A stretch of 64,000 nt of DNA from Octopus vulgaris (GCA_951406725.2 OX597818.1:100068001-100132000); one strand, 5' to 3'; shown: positions 13,615-28,089, counted from the first letter of the stretch. Program-made: numbers and translations. The notes: generated by a model not told the origin, from the sequence alone.

Positions 13615-14150
13615 CTTACACAATCGTATACCTATATAAATGCATAGATCTAGTGATTGAGTTCAAATTTGTGAAATTACAGAGCGTAACGTTACTGTCG
13701 TTCTCCTAGTAGTAATGTTTTGAAGAATATATTTGCCAGTAAATGTATAAACTTCATAAATATATAATCAAAACGTGTTAGATGTTGGAGTTTCTTTGTA
13801 AATTCTTTTTGCTGAAATAAAATTTATTCAACCTGTGTCACTGAAAATCTATGTGAGCATTGCATTTGTAGGCATGAAACATAAATGATATCTCAAAGAG
13901 GGGTTAGTTTTAGCTAATATGTCATAATACTGACACGTATCTACTGGACTTCGACACTGCTAAACTTTTTACCTGTGCCAAGTGCTAATTCTCACATTGT
14001 GTATGTAAGTATGTATATACATGCATGTATACACAAACGCACATATATGTATATTATACATATACATCCATATGTATATGTATATGCATGTATACATATG
14101 TATGTAAGTAATAAACAATATATATATGCATACATATATATGTATACATG

Positions 14151-14189
<39 letters not shown>

Positions 14190-14190
<1 letters not shown>

Positions 14191-14478
14191 GAGGCGCAAT
14201 GGCCCAGTGTTTAGGGCAGCGGACTCGCGGTCGTAGGTTCGCGGTTTTGATTCCCAGACACCTAAACACCTAAAGGGGCACGAGGCTCCGGCAGTAGGGT
14301 GGGGGTGGCAACCCCTATTGTACTCTTTCTCCACAGCTTTCTCTCACTCTTTCTTCTGTTGGCCTGCTCGCTTAGCCGGCGGAGTGGCATCATTTGAAGG
14401 CTAAAACAATGCGAAGCGCATTGTGACGAGCGATGTGTAACAATATCTGATAGCCTGGTCGGTCATGGTGGTGGTGAT
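14190..14478 (+). mobile_element. Family B SINE, tail type 1
   Basis: Head GGAGGCGCAATGGCCCAGTG, tail GGCCTGCTCGCTTAGCC..GCGCATTGTGAC. Confidence 0.9.
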
Positions 14479-14524
14479 ATATATGTATACATATGATAGA
14501 CTATAATATAATATAATATAATAT

Positions 14525-14588
<64 letters not shown>

Positions 14589-16383
14589 TGAATGCATATA
14601 TTAATGTGTCTGTTCATGTATGTGTATGAACGTCACTGCATTAATTATTGATTCTTCTCACTTCGGAATAGATACCCGCAGTTCTATTACAGTAGAATCG
14701 TCTTAAATTGATTTCAGACTTTTTTCTTGCTTCTTTATGACATGACTTTATTGTTGTTTTTTGTTTGTTTGCTATTGATATTGGTTTTTGATTTAGATTA
14801 GTTTTCAGTGAGTCTCATTTTTTTCTCTATTGTTTTTTGTTCAGTGTATGAAGTGGGGGAGCTGGGGAATATTCATTAGACAAGAAATTGATAATTGAAA
14901 CGTTTCCAGATTCCAACATAGTAATTTTCTTCTAACAAATATTGTGCGTTAGAGTAGAGGTGGGTGATCTTCTCGCCTTCACCTTCAGTATGGAATGCAT
15001 CATTATCTATAATTAACCCCAGAATAGAACCATAAATTGTATTCTTATGTCGACTGATTAAAAACACAAGATGTTAAAATTACGAAATTAGTTTGTTGTA
15101 TTTATTTATTTTCCAAAATTATAAAATTTTAGAGTAGAAAATCGCGTTATTTCCCTCCAATCAGTATCAATGAGTGTATAATGAGAATTACACTCGTAGT
15201 TCTTCCCGACTTAAATGCATATGCCGATGAAATCAGACTTTGACCTTCCCGTCATACCCAAGGTCACGCGTAACAGGTACCGATGTACTCTCCACATAGA
15301 ATGGAAATTAATCCCAATTTCTGGCTTCTATATGAATGACATGTAAAGGATGACTAAATTTTATAAAGATTCTTTAATTCAATTCCAAGAGAAAATGTCA
15401 CACGTTTCTGAAGTCATATAAAATGCTGCATTTGCAAACTACAATATTTCTATAAGCAACAGGTGATTCACTGACGTAAATATAACAAACGAATCTCTAT
15501 TCATGCACTGTTGATTCATATCATGATAACATGCAAATAAAGACAAGATTTTAGAATTCTAGACCATTATCTGCATGATATGAGCATTGACTTGTTGCAT
15601 GATATCATGTGTTTCTTATGCGAAAACTGACGTTTGTGATACCGATAGAATATACCCGTCTATTTAATACGCAGAAAAATAATTTAAGCAATGATAAAAT
15701 ATCAAAACACACACTATCAAAACACAGTGTCATTGATATCAAACCTGCAAGCGATTAGAACACATTGTGTGATATCTGACTGTCACTAACGTATACATTC
15801 CTGTTTATCGACGGTAATATTTTGGGTTCCAATTCACAGACATGATATGGCGTGCAGAAATTTATTTTTAACATGGAATTCTGTGTTCATAGTCACTAAG
15901 CATATCGCAATGATGCCGTTGCTCAAATGAAGCTTAAGTCAATGACTTCTTCTTCATAATATGGGACACCTGCCAACCAACTTCTTTTTCAGTAATAGGA
16001 AGAAATGGGAAAAACAATGTTTTGTCACTTCCCATATACATTAGTTTAACAGATAAAGCAAAATTGCTAGGATTTTGTTCAGAAATCAGTTTACGAGAAT
16101 CTTACCGATTACTTTATTAAGTATGCTACTGTTACGGTGTTGAACAAGAAAGCTATAGCTTTTAAAGCATTGTGATTATCACTCTGGTCCTTTGCAGGGT
16201 TAATTCCGAGGCCCTTACTGGATATCGTTCAGAACTTAGTCGACTGGTGCAAAGTGAAATGAAATGCTCTAAATAAGAACAAATGACAGCGTCCTGTGCA
16301 AAATCGAAACCCAGATCTCAACAATCGTGAGTGCAGCATCTTAACCACGATAACATGAGCCATCATGATTTAATAATAATGAC

Positions 16384-16445
<62 letters not shown>

Positions 16446-16496
16446 AAAGTAGAAGTAGTAGTGATACCACTAGTACTACTAATAATAATAGAAATA

Positions 16497-16595
16497 CCAA
16501 AGGGGGCAACGAGTCCCTCTGGAAAATTCCTCGTCTGATATCAACTTTCCCTAAGAATGTATCACCCGAGTAGAGATCTACTTTCTATTTCTTTC
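16497..16595 (-). mobile_element. Inverted fragment of R4/Dong-type RT
   Basis: Reverse complement aligns with 18810-18905 (VDLYSG..GKVDIRRGIFQRDSL). Confidence 0.85.
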
Positions 16596-16764
16596 GATAT
16601 TTTATCATTGCTTAAATTATTTTTCTGTGTATTAAATAGACGGGTATATCGTATCGGTATCACAAACTTCAGGTTTTGCATAAGGGTTGTTTCAGCTGAT
16701 TTCCATAAGATCCAGTGCGATTGTGGTGAATAATAAACAAACATCTTGTATGAAAACCGACAGA

Positions 16765-17090
16765 ACATGCCCCGGTGACAGTAGGATCAATGTTAAAGAA
16801 GAATAAAAAGTAAACAACTATGACGATTTGAAGTGGGAGATACGAAGTTTGTGGTCCCTGTAGAAAGTAGACGGGATTCCAATAGTAATTGGTGCACTTG
16901 GCAGGATCATCACTCAACTATCAACATGGATGAAAAAGATTGGTGCAAGTGTGGAGGTAGAACACCTACAAAAACCAGCATTACTTTGAAATGCAAGGTT
17001 TTTGAAGCATGACCAGTAAACAAGTATCATCTTAGTCTCCTGACACTTGCCATCATACCCAGCAAAGTGAGCTGCGAGTTTTCATCAAAT
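16765..17090 (+). mobile_element. R4/Dong-clade LINE 3' end (restriction-like endonuclease C-terminus and 3' UTR) ending in (AAT)n
   Basis: Translation TCPGDSRINVKEE*KVNNYDDLKWEIRSLWSL*KVDGIPIVIGALG..VEHLQKPALL. Confidence 0.85.
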
Positions 17091-17129
17091 AATAATAATG
17101 ATAATAACGATGATGATGATGATTATGAT

Positions 17130-17192
<63 letters not shown>

Positions 17193-17239
17193 CACATATT
17201 TATGATTATTTCAAGTATAAGACGAAAAGTCGAAATTAA

Positions 17240-17460
17240 ACAACATGTAATAATACCACACAGTAGTTGGAGCAAAGATGGCATCTCAAGACGGAGCACT
17301 TGGAATGATGAAGAAAGGGAACTGAAAATTGCTTAAAAATGATACCTGGAAAAATATAAAAACTAATACAACAGAAAACTCACACAAAGCCCTAGAACAA
17401 AACGTACTAATACAATACAATATCCGTCCCTCAAAAAACATCACAATCCACCACCACAAA
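17240..17460 (+). mobile_element. Degraded 3' end of a second R4/Dong-like family
   Basis: GALGMMKKG..MIPG-like peptide across frameshifts. Confidence 0.5.
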
Positions 17461-17529
17461 GGTACAACAAACAATGTAATAGAAAGTTGCTAGAAACTTT
17501 CAGACGTCGAGAAATAATAGTAGTAATGA

Positions 17530-19892
17530 AGATGGTGACTAACGTTACCTTACACCAGTTTATGACAGATAGGGATTTCCGAAAAACCCTGGTTGTAAAA
17601 GCGAATTGAATTTGGACCTTTAATAGAAGGCCTCTCGCTCAGAAGTGGTTCAGGAAAGATGCAGGCTGACCATAGCTGTCATCCTAATACAGTCAGCTGC
17701 ATATAATAGTGCAAGGAGGAGGAAGTGGACCAGCGAAGAAAACAGGATAGAGATATTAAGAAAGTTAACCTAAAAGAAAAGTCCTCAGAAACCCGATGTT
17801 AACACTTTGGGTAGAGAAAGTTATTTTAAAAGTGACTGGGCATAGTTTATTTGGTTAAGTTAATGCTGTTAGGAGAAGAAAGTGGACGATAGAACTGGCA
17901 GTAGAAAAGATCACAAGAAAACTGGAAAAGAAAGATCAGGCAGTAGGAAAGACAAGCAACAGCATACGAAATTCAACTCAAACCAAATAAGAACCTAAAG
18001 GAAAAAAAATTAATAGCGCTTCCAATAGGGAAGAGACAACTGGCACCAACGACTTAAGTGATTTAAGTGAGGAAGGTCAGAAGATTTTAGATTTGTCGCA
18101 GGAAGTAATGAGTAAAGAAGGGAGGAAAAGACCGCCAGCATTAAAAGGCACCGACAGAAGGAAGCTGCCAGAAATGACTAGGAAAATAGATTCTGTTTTC
18201 AGTAAGATAGATAAGAGAAAATATAGAAGACACTAACTTATTGATCTATGTAGGAAGGACACTAGTCATCAGAAGATTATATATCTCTCAGAGAAAGATT
18301 AAAAATGGGCAAATGTGGAAAAGGAGACAACAAAATAAAGTGAAGACTTTGAGACAAGATCTGTGTTGAATAGAAGCCAGGAAAACAAACAAGCTAAGAA
18401 ACACAAAATGCAAATCTTGTCTCGCTGAAAGATACTTAGTCAAAAAGAAAGTGTTTGAGACAATAGTATTAGAGTTAAAACAATAATGGAAAAGTTAAAA
18501 TAGCGTAGAACAATCACTTGCTAATCATTAGTGTGGAAGCTGTTAACAGGAATGCTTTCAGAGAGTATGTACGAGCTTCTCGACAACAAGAATTTACTGC
18601 CAGCAATGCAGAAAGAAGGCTAGAGGAGCGCATGATCTATTATACATAGACAAAGCAGTTCTAAATGAAGTAAAAGCGAGAAAAAAATCTAATAATAGCC
18701 ATAGGTAGAATATAGGAAAGCCTATGGCACGATTTCACACTCATGGTTAAGTGAATGTTTGAGTATATTAAGTATAGCAGACAAAATAAGATCATTAATT
18801 AGCTGTAGCATAAAGAAATAAAAAGTAGATCTCTACTCAGGTGACACTCTTAGGGAAAGTTGGTATCAGACGAGGAATTTTCCAGGGGGACTCATTGCTC
18901 TCTTTAGTATTTGTCTTATGTTTGATCCCCTTCAGTTTAATATTAAGGAAGGCAAAGGAAGGGTATCCTTTCAGAAATTGTAATGGAAAGATTAACCATT
19001 TGCTGTTCAAGGATGACCTGAAGCGTTTTAGTAAGAATGAAAAAGAGATAGATTCCTTTATACAAATTGTAAGACTCTTCAGCAAAGATATAGGTATCAA
19101 ATTTGGCATGGATAAGTGTGCAATATTACTCATGAGAAGAGAACAAGCAGTAAACAGTCAATACATCCAATTGCCAGATGGCCAGACATTAAAATCATTG
19201 AAAGGAGGAGAGATTTATAAGTACCTAGGGGTATTAGAGTCTGACAGAGTAACAAGAACAGAAATGGAAACGAAAATTGAGAAGCAATACATCAGAAGTT
19301 TTAGGAAGTTAATGCAGTCAAAGCTAAATGGTCCGAATCAAGTGAAGGCTGTAAATACTGGGGCAGCATCATTACTTAGTTTTTTGTAGATTGGACAACT
19401 GATTAATCAAAGCAGGACATAAGGAGTGAAAAGGAATTCAATATGAATGGAGGACTCCACCCAAGGTCAGGAGTAGCGAGATTATACCTACCTAAAAAGG
19501 AAGCTGGAAGAGGGTTAATATCAATAGAAGTCTGTGGAGTTAGTTAGAGTAGATGTAGAGTCCTAAGTATGTAATATTGAAGAAAGTTTAGAGTCTACAG
19601 CAAGACATAGGGAAATCAAAACACCAAACGAACTTAAAAATTAGAAAAAAGAACAGAAATTATTTGATGGCAGGAGATAGCTTTGCATGGTAGATTCTCA
19701 AAGACAGTTTCAGCAAATAGTAGTGAGATATCGTTATAGATGCAGAAAGGAAAGCTGAAGAAGGAGAATGAAATGTTGTTAGTAGCAGCAAGAGCAAGCA
19801 ATAAGGACTAATTGGATAAAAGCGAAAATAGACAAAAACCAAGTAGATTCTCAATGTAGATTATGCAAATCAAAAGAGGAAAGCGTTAGCAT

Positions 19893-19895
<3 letters not shown>
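17530..19895 (+). mobile_element. Degraded R4/Dong-clade non-LTR retrotransposon (RT plus CCHC knuckle), internally deleted and 3'-truncated
   Basis: ORF 18841-19389 has GIFQGDSL, HLLFKDDLK, FGMDKC, YKYLGV. Downstream are LHPRSGVARLYLP..GRGLI and CRLCKSKEESV, then (ATA)n. Upstream is MWKRR..NKVKTLRQDL. The 5' boundary is approximate. Confidence 0.9.
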
Positions 19896-20060
<165 letters not shown>

Positions 20061-20462
20061 CTTTTCTACTATTGGTACAAGGCCTGAAGTTTGTGGGGAG
20101 GGTCTAAGACGATTAAAGTAACCTCAATGTTCAACTGGTATTTATTTTATCGACCCTGAAATGATGAAAGGCAACGTCGAACTCGGCGGAATTTGAACTC
20201 ATTACAGACGAGCGAAATACCGCTGGGCATTTCATCCAGCGTGGTAACGATTGTGGCAGCTTACTGCCTTCAACAATAGTATTTTCTGTTATAGGGACAA
20301 GGCCAGAAATTTCTGTGGAGGAGGCTAGTCATTTACATCGATCACCATGTTCACCTGGTATTTTATCGACTTCGAAAAGATGAATGAGAAGGACAACCTC
20401 GATGGAAATGCCGCATAATATTTGATCCGGCATACTACCGATTCTACTAGCTGGATGCCTTT
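20061..20462 (-). mobile_element. Two family A SINE copies (20061-20270; degraded 20283-20462)
   Basis: CGGCGGAATTTGAACTC and TTTATCGACCC..GATGAAAGGCAA motifs. Confidence 0.8.
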
Positions 20463-21299
20463 AATATTAATGAAATAATATTGTAGACAAGGCTCAGATG
20501 TGCCGCTACACATGAGAAAATGGTAAAAGAAGAGGACATAATGCGGTAATATATTAAGTAAACGAGGACAATAATGAAGCCTAGCCATTATACTGAGGAA
20601 ACTACAAAAGACAGAAAATTAAAGCGTAAAAGAGCCATAAGGACGAAGAGTGTATAGGCATTATATGGGTAGTTTTGACGAATAGGACTTTTGACGGATG
20701 AAGTGTCTGCTGCCATGCTTTTGTATAGTCGGCTCAGAAGTTATACGAACTATTACATGTGTGTTTAAAATTTGCGCAAGAATTATTTCCAATATGTTAT
20801 TAAATCAGATAATTTGGATAAGGACGCACGAAAGCATCTTTGTATGCCAATTACTTTAACCATTTGACTGATATTGCTGTTTCTCTCTGAATTGCGTTTA
20901 TCCATGCTCAGATTATGTTCACAGTATACACTTGCTATCCGCTGCCATTTGGTCTCTTCTGTATATTACTATTAATATATTTGAGTTTGATATTAAATCA
21001 ATTACAGTCATTTTCCTTTTATACAAAATACTTCATTTTATTTCGCCTTTGGATTTCGTTTGCGAAACTCTTTATGTGAGTTCATGTGTTGAAGCATATT
21101 CTGTTGTGTCTGGGGAGATTCATTTTCTTTTTGTGCCTTATAATTTAACACACGCACCGGTAAACTTTCCACTTATTCCTTATTTTTATTTTCCTAAAAT
21201 CTTCGTTGCGTCTTGCAACCTTTTCAATAGTTTTGACTCTTATTTTCTTTTTACATTTATGAAGAGGGAGGAGTAAAATATTTCTACGATATATATATC

Positions 21300-21485
21300 G
21301 CCATGATAGATCGGTAGCCACTACACACATTTTTTCTCTTCTTGTTTCTCTCCTTGTTTCTGTCTGTGACAGAGCGTAGGCTCGAAACGTAAAAGACTTT
21401 TTCAATTCCTGAGCGTCATACTAATACATCTGTCTATTTTCTAAACCACCGGTCTTCGTCTTTTGTTTCTTCGTGAATTCTCCCC
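21300..21485 (+). mobile_element. Family H Penelope-like short element with variant hammerhead motif (21361-21397)
   Basis: CTGTGACA-GAGC-GTAG-GCTC-GAAACGTA-AAAGAC, ends in (TA)n(TG)n. Confidence 0.75.
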
Positions 21486-21582
<97 letters not shown>

Positions 21583-24500
21583 GGGAGCCGGTATTCCTCA
21601 GTCTCAAAGTTCAAGGACCAATGCCCTCAAGTAAGTATGCGAATACCAGAGACCTATTACATTTCAAAATTTCAGATATAACAACTGGAGAAATACTGAA
21701 AAATGTGTACGTACAGGAATAGATCCACATCCATACAATCATTAGTTTATACACTAACCTCCATGCCTTCATATGAAGGCCACATGCGTTCATAATGTGT
21801 ATGTGTATGGGTTGCGCACGTATGTGTGTGTGTGTTTGTGTGGATGGGTGTTTGTGTGTGTGTGTGTGTACATAGTGTCAGAGAAAATGTAAAAGGGACG
21901 TGAGAGATCGACAATGACAAATAAAACCTACCAGAAAAGGTAAATTTAATCGAAAGGATATTGGTTGAAAATCATGATAAATTGTAGAGAATCGCATTTC
22001 CTGTCCATTAAAATTTGTCAAGAAATCTTTGACAGATCCGCGTTCATAAATGGAAATATTGTGTACTATAAAATATTAATCATCCCAGCAAATGTCAAAT
22101 TGTCTGGAAAGTGTTTCCTCTTCTAAATATTTTACATACCCCCCTCTCTCTCTCTCTCACACACACACACAGGCACACAAAAGCATACAGAAATACACAT
22201 ACGCAAGAGGAGCTATTCTTCGTATGAGATTATGTTGATAAAATATACAATACGAAGCAAAATAGATGTAGGTCGACATCAACTATAATTCTTTGCTAAT
22301 TTTGTACCGAATCAAAATTGCTTTCACTGTACAAGCGAAGCCAAGCAAATATTTGTAAAGGAAAATATATTATATTAAATCGAAGTCGATGTCTTCATAT
22401 CATACATATATTAAAATCAGCGGTAATGGAATGATATACGTATTGTGTGTTATTTTTTAAACTCCACTATTAATAGCTAGCAATATTCAACCGACAGAGT
22501 GTAAGCTCAAAGTCTCTAGTCAGTAGGCCATCTGATTTAGCTTCTGAGGTTCAATGTCCTAGCACAAATATTTCACAGATAAGGTAATTAAACAAACTTA
22601 GTATGTAAACTACGTATGGCTGACAATTTCCCTTTCTTCAGACATTGGCAAATGTGTTTATTTTCAAAACCATGTGAATGCTCAGATTTTTCATTCGGTA
22701 ATATATTGACACTTCGGTATGTAAACAGAAAAAAATTGGTATGATCATGTTGGTAACAAGGTACATGTTAACAACCAGGATGCATTCAACTGGAACGTGC
22801 TTTTGCAGGTTCAGAAGGGGATCAAGTGAAACAATGACAATATATCAAAGGCTCGTAGGAAAATATTTCTAGATTAAAGACATGGAGATTTCTTTGTCAA
22901 CCATCCATCATCCAAAATCTCACGCATAATATTTTATTTCATCTCTGAATCAAGCTGGTGGGAGAGAAAGGGGAGCAGTAAATAAGTCTTATGTATCCTA
23001 TGGAAGTCCGGTCGCAATACTCGGAAACATTAAAATCCATAAAGGCACTGAGTGGCCAGGTCTGTCATTTAACTGACAGATATATGAAATAACTATGAGT
23101 ATATTTACAGCTTATCAAGATTTCCTTTTTAAGAAAGGCAGAACGTGATACAACAGAGACATGTCAACGCTTTTCAATAGGTCCTATGCTCATTAAAGCG
23201 ATTTTCCTGGTAATGTTTCTTGATAAACTGATGATGCCAATGATATTGAAGATGAAAATGGTTGTGATTGTGATGATGATGATAGTGACGATTATGGTGG
23301 AATTCGTCTGGTGATGGTGGTGATAGTGGTGATGTGTATGCTGTAGCCATTCATGTTTTCACTGCCATACACGGTAAGGTATTTTTTCTTATTAGCTGGC
23401 GGTCGTTTTTGTAGCTGTTGTGTAGCTTCTGACCAACACTGATCTAGAAGGCGTATGAGCAAAGGCATTCTAGCCATGACCAACTCATTGAGATTATGTT
23501 ACATTACATTATCTACTGCGTATTCAGCAGCGACTTTTGCTTAGGCATCATGTGGGTGCTATATTTAACTAGTCAAGCTACCTCGTGGAGGCTCCTATTT
23601 GACCGCATTCTTCTAGATATCGTTTTGCTTAAGTCTGAATATGCAAATATCGAAGGTTTCCACCTGAGTTCAAAGTAACATTTTAAGACGATGTCCATTA
23701 CGTGATGTGTGGCTTTAATATTTCATTGTTTAACCGCAGGAACTCCTTGATATCGATAGTTCATAAATAGAGGATTTTCAACTAAGACTATTCTCTATAA
23801 TTACTTTAGGTATCATGTATTTATAATACTACATTACTCATAGTTATTACCTTCCCGAAGCATAATTTAAAAGTAATTTACTAACTATTTCTAGTATGTC
23901 AATTTGCCACTTAGAAAATATATTTTTGGCTTATCTATATTTAAACGCAAGGTTGTAATTTGAGGGAACTTTCGCCGCTCTTTCTAGTAGATCAAAAAAT
24001 CACGTAGAGATCTATGTTACGTAATTTTGCTTTTGCGGTTGGCCTGCATGGTTACTGTTTTATATTTGTATTGCATTTTTTTATATATGATTTTCATTAC
24101 ATTCTCTCCACTGATGTAATATTACATCATTGATCTTGTTGTTTATGTTGTCAGTGGCGATAATGTTTCGGTTCATTTTTATAGTATCGCTGTATCGTTC
24201 CTGTTTTTGCAAGCCACCTATATTCATTTTTATTCTTCTGTCCTTATTATCAATTTTCATTAGTTATTGTTGTAATTACTCCTGTTTCATCGATTATTTC
24301 TGATAATATTGGCAATTTGCTGGCGTCTTTTACGTTCTCGCTGTTATTATTGTTGCGGTTTTTGTTATTCATGTTGATACTGTTGTCGTTATATTTTCTA
24401 TTATTCTTCTCCACATTGTTTCCTTGTTTTTGTCATCGTTGTTGTTGTTGTTGTTGTTGTTGCTGTTGCTGTTGTTTTAATTGATTATTGGTGTTATTTC

Positions 24501-24869
24501 TGCTGCTACCTAAGTGATTCCCTTTAAGATCAAAAAACCAAGTGAATGAAACTAGAATTACTCTTTAAACAGATACCTTTCATTATTTAAGGGTCGATTA
24601 TAAGCAATTGATTTCAACGAGAAAATTGTCGATTGCATAACCACGTAACACACACACACTCACACACATACACGGAGACATTATATTTCTTTTGCTATAA
24701 TTTCTCTATTCGATATCTTCTTCCTTTTCTCATTTCCCCATGTACGTATTTATGTATTAGTTAGTAATCATTCGCTCCCATTAGGATTCTCCATTCAAGT
24801 TTGTGGCATTGAAAATAGCAACCACTTGCCAAAAGAGCAAGAGAGAAAACACACATACACACATACCTT

Positions 24870-25089
24870 CACATACATACATACATACATGCATACATAC
24901 ATACATACATACATACAATACACACACGTACACTTCTATCTATCTATCTAGCTAGCTAGCTAGCTAACTGTTTGTCTATCTATGTGTCTGTATGTCTGTG
25001 CATATATGTATGTATATATGTATACATCTATCTATCTATATATATATGTGTCTGGCTATGCATATATGCATGTATATATGTATGTATGC

Positions 25090-25178
<89 letters not shown>

Positions 25179-25195
25179 ACTATCTATCTATCTAT
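24870..25195. repeat. Compound (CATA)n/(CTAT)n tetranucleotide repeats
   Basis: Direct inspection. Similar (CTAT)n at 38585-38720, 42136-42300, 48020-48105 and 51040-51128. Confidence 0.9.
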
Positions 25196-25999
25196 AGACG
25201 TGTGTGGGGACGATGGGGATGGGGGTTACTGCAAAAATACATAACAAAAACTAAACAAAAGAGAAAATGTGCATTTATTTTCATGTTCTTTATAAGCTTG
25301 ATGAACTGAGCGAAAATATCAAATGGGCACTAAAACGTTGCATGCATTTATATTAGCGCAAACATCGATCACCATTTGCTCCCTTCTGATCAACTGATTT
25401 ACATTTTTGTCTTTCGTTTTTGTATTCTTGTTGGGAAGTTAAGGCAAAGCATAAAACAAGGGGAAATAAATTTGTCGAGTGTTATCTCAAGCGTATCGTT
25501 GATAACACAAGCAAAACTAATAAAAAAGAAAAGATAAAACTCTAACAGCAATTGCCGCAATATGGTAACAAATATATGTAAAATTTAATAATAATGATTC
25601 TTTTTTTTTTTGTTCGCTTTGAAACCTGCTTTTGAAGTTGTTCTTTCCTATTTCTCTGTGAGTAATGAGGAGGAACGCAATCAGAAAGTAAAGATTTTGT
25701 GTGTTTGTCTGCGTTTGCATATAAATGAGTGAATATGTGTTTGTACGTGATATTGGGGGGGGGGGGGCTAAATATGTATCTGTATTCGTGAGATGGAGGT
25801 TTACATTTGCTTGGAAACTTCAGCCACCGAAACTGGTTGATATTTAAATTCAGCCGAAGAGACATCTAGAGTTATCTAAACAGAGAAGTTATCTCAACAG
25901 AAGAGCAACAACGTTAACAACAATTTCATGAAAGACAAAAGTAACGACAAAGACAATTAAAATAATTTCCACTCGCCTTTCTCTTACTTCTCCTCATCT

Positions 26000-26034
26000 A
26001 ACACCACCGCCACCACCACCACAACCACCACCAC

Positions 26035-26068
<34 letters not shown>

Positions 26069-26338
26069 ATCTACCACCACTACCAAAACTACCATCATCA
26101 ACACCGCCGCCACCACTACCACCACTACCTACTACTACTACTACTACCACCACCAAAACCAGCGCCACCAGCACCACCACCAATATCAACTACTACTACT
26201 ACTACTACCACCACCACCAAAACCATCACCACGAACACCACCACCACCTACTACTACTACTACCACCACCACCACTATCACCACCACTGCTGCTACTACT
26301 ACTACTGCTGCTGCTACTACTACTACTACTACTACTAC

Positions 26339-26388
<50 letters not shown>

Positions 26389-26390
26389 CT
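26000..26390. repeat. Compound trinucleotide repeat (CAC/TAC/GAT)n
   Basis: Direct inspection. A related tract in opposite orientation lies at 27001-27170. Confidence 0.9.
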
Positions 26391-27001
26391 AATATTAATG
26401 TAACTACAAATATTTCAGAAGCATCAGGTGCTGCATTAGAATTTGTAAAAGCCATAAGAATTGTTAGCATTGAGAATCTCGAGAAAGACTACGAATGAAG
26501 GATAAAGAAGAAAAAGCAGTAGGAGTGAGAGAGAAAAAGTGAGAGAGAAATTAAAAAAAACTAAAATGGTCATGTGTGTATAACATTAATTATAATAACA
26601 TTCCTTTAGACAGGAAATCGGAGAGGGAAAACACAGGGATCTAGAAAAACAATTTAAGAGAAAGTATGTGATTGGGTTTCTTAAAGCAGTCGAATTCTCT
26701 ATGTATATTTTTGCCTGCATGTGAATATGAGCGGGGAATTACAAAAGCGTAGTATAAAAACTGAGAATTAACAGAATGAGAATTAATAGAAGAGCGTCAG
26801 TATTAACATAATCTATTGTATAATGAGTCTATCAAAAATCTCCATGTCTCAGCAAAACCTGAGCATATACACAAACAGACACACACATACATCCGCCACC
26901 CACACATGTATGTAAAGGTAAGATCAAGGTAGAGGAAGTAAGTGAGCTTCAAGTAATCCATAGAAGATATGAAAAACAACTTTCAGCAAAATTAGCGCAT
27001 C

Positions 27002-27044
<43 letters not shown>

Positions 27045-27196
27045 ATAGTAGTAGCAGCAGCAGCAGTAGTAGTAGTAGCAGCAGTGGTGATGATAGTGGT
27101 GGTGGTGTTGGTGATGGTAGTTTTGGTAGTGGTGGTAGAGGTAGTAGTAATAGTAGTAGGTGGTGGTGGAAGTAAGAGAAAGGCGAGTGGAAAAGC

Positions 27197-27775
27197 TTGA
27201 ACACTATCGAAAGCCCTGTCACCCTCGTCCGTGTGTATACCCCGACAATGTCCGCCGCCTCGGATGTCAAGGACAAATTCTACGGGAAACTTGCCTCCAC
27301 TATCAAGAGCAAAAAACTTGTTTTCCTGGGCGACTTCAATGCCAGAGTGGGTGCTGACAACACCGCGTGGCCCTCTTGCCTCGGTCTTCTCGGGGTGGGG
27401 AAATCGAACGAGAACGGCCAGCAACTGCTCGAGCTCCGCACCTTTCACGGTCTGTGCATCAGCAACTCCGTCTTCAAGACCAAGCCCCAACACAAAGTGT
27501 CTTGGAGACATCCACCCTCAAAGTATTGGCACCAACTGGACCTAATCCTGGTCAGGCGTGCCGCCATCTAGTGTGTTCCCCACACGCGGACTTACCGCGG
27601 CGCAGACTGCGACACAGACCACCCCGTGGTGTGCTGCAAGATCAGGCTTCCGTGCAAAGAAACCGGGGACCCCACACATAGATGTCAACAGGATGTCTCA
27701 GCCCGACCTTGCAGAACAGTTTGCAGAGGCATTTGAGGAGGTGTATGATGCAACACAGTCCAGAGTTACTGCTGC
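27197..27775 (+). mobile_element. RTE-clade LINE fragment: apurinic endonuclease domain
   Basis: VYTPT..KDKFY, LGDFNARVG, NENGQQLL, SWRHP..WHQLDLILV, and after one stop GADCDTDH. Confidence 0.92.
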
Positions 27776-28048
27776 AAAAAAATTCCCCCCTTATCGAAGT
27801 ACGATAAGCTGAAAAAAGATAATTTTATAGTTCACATTTAGCAACAGGAGTTGTTGCATATGCAAATAAACACCCCAAATGTAGGTAAAATCCAGGCTAA
27901 ATATATTTCATAGTTAGCGGAACCTCGGTAGTAATAAATTATCTAAACGAGGGGTAAATTGCATGCTACTCTTCAGGACAAGGATACCTTGACTATATGA
28001 AGTTTACATTGTCGGTAGGAGATCGCGTATTAACTCGTTGGGGATTCG

Positions 28049-28089
<41 letters not shown>

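Noticed and set aside
14190-14262. tRNA genes at A/B-box motifs
   Set aside because: All continue into SINE bodies and lack a closed acceptor stem.
27895-27985. Minus-strand CUGAAGA...GAAA-UAUAU hammerhead candidate
   Set aside because: No stem I complementarity.
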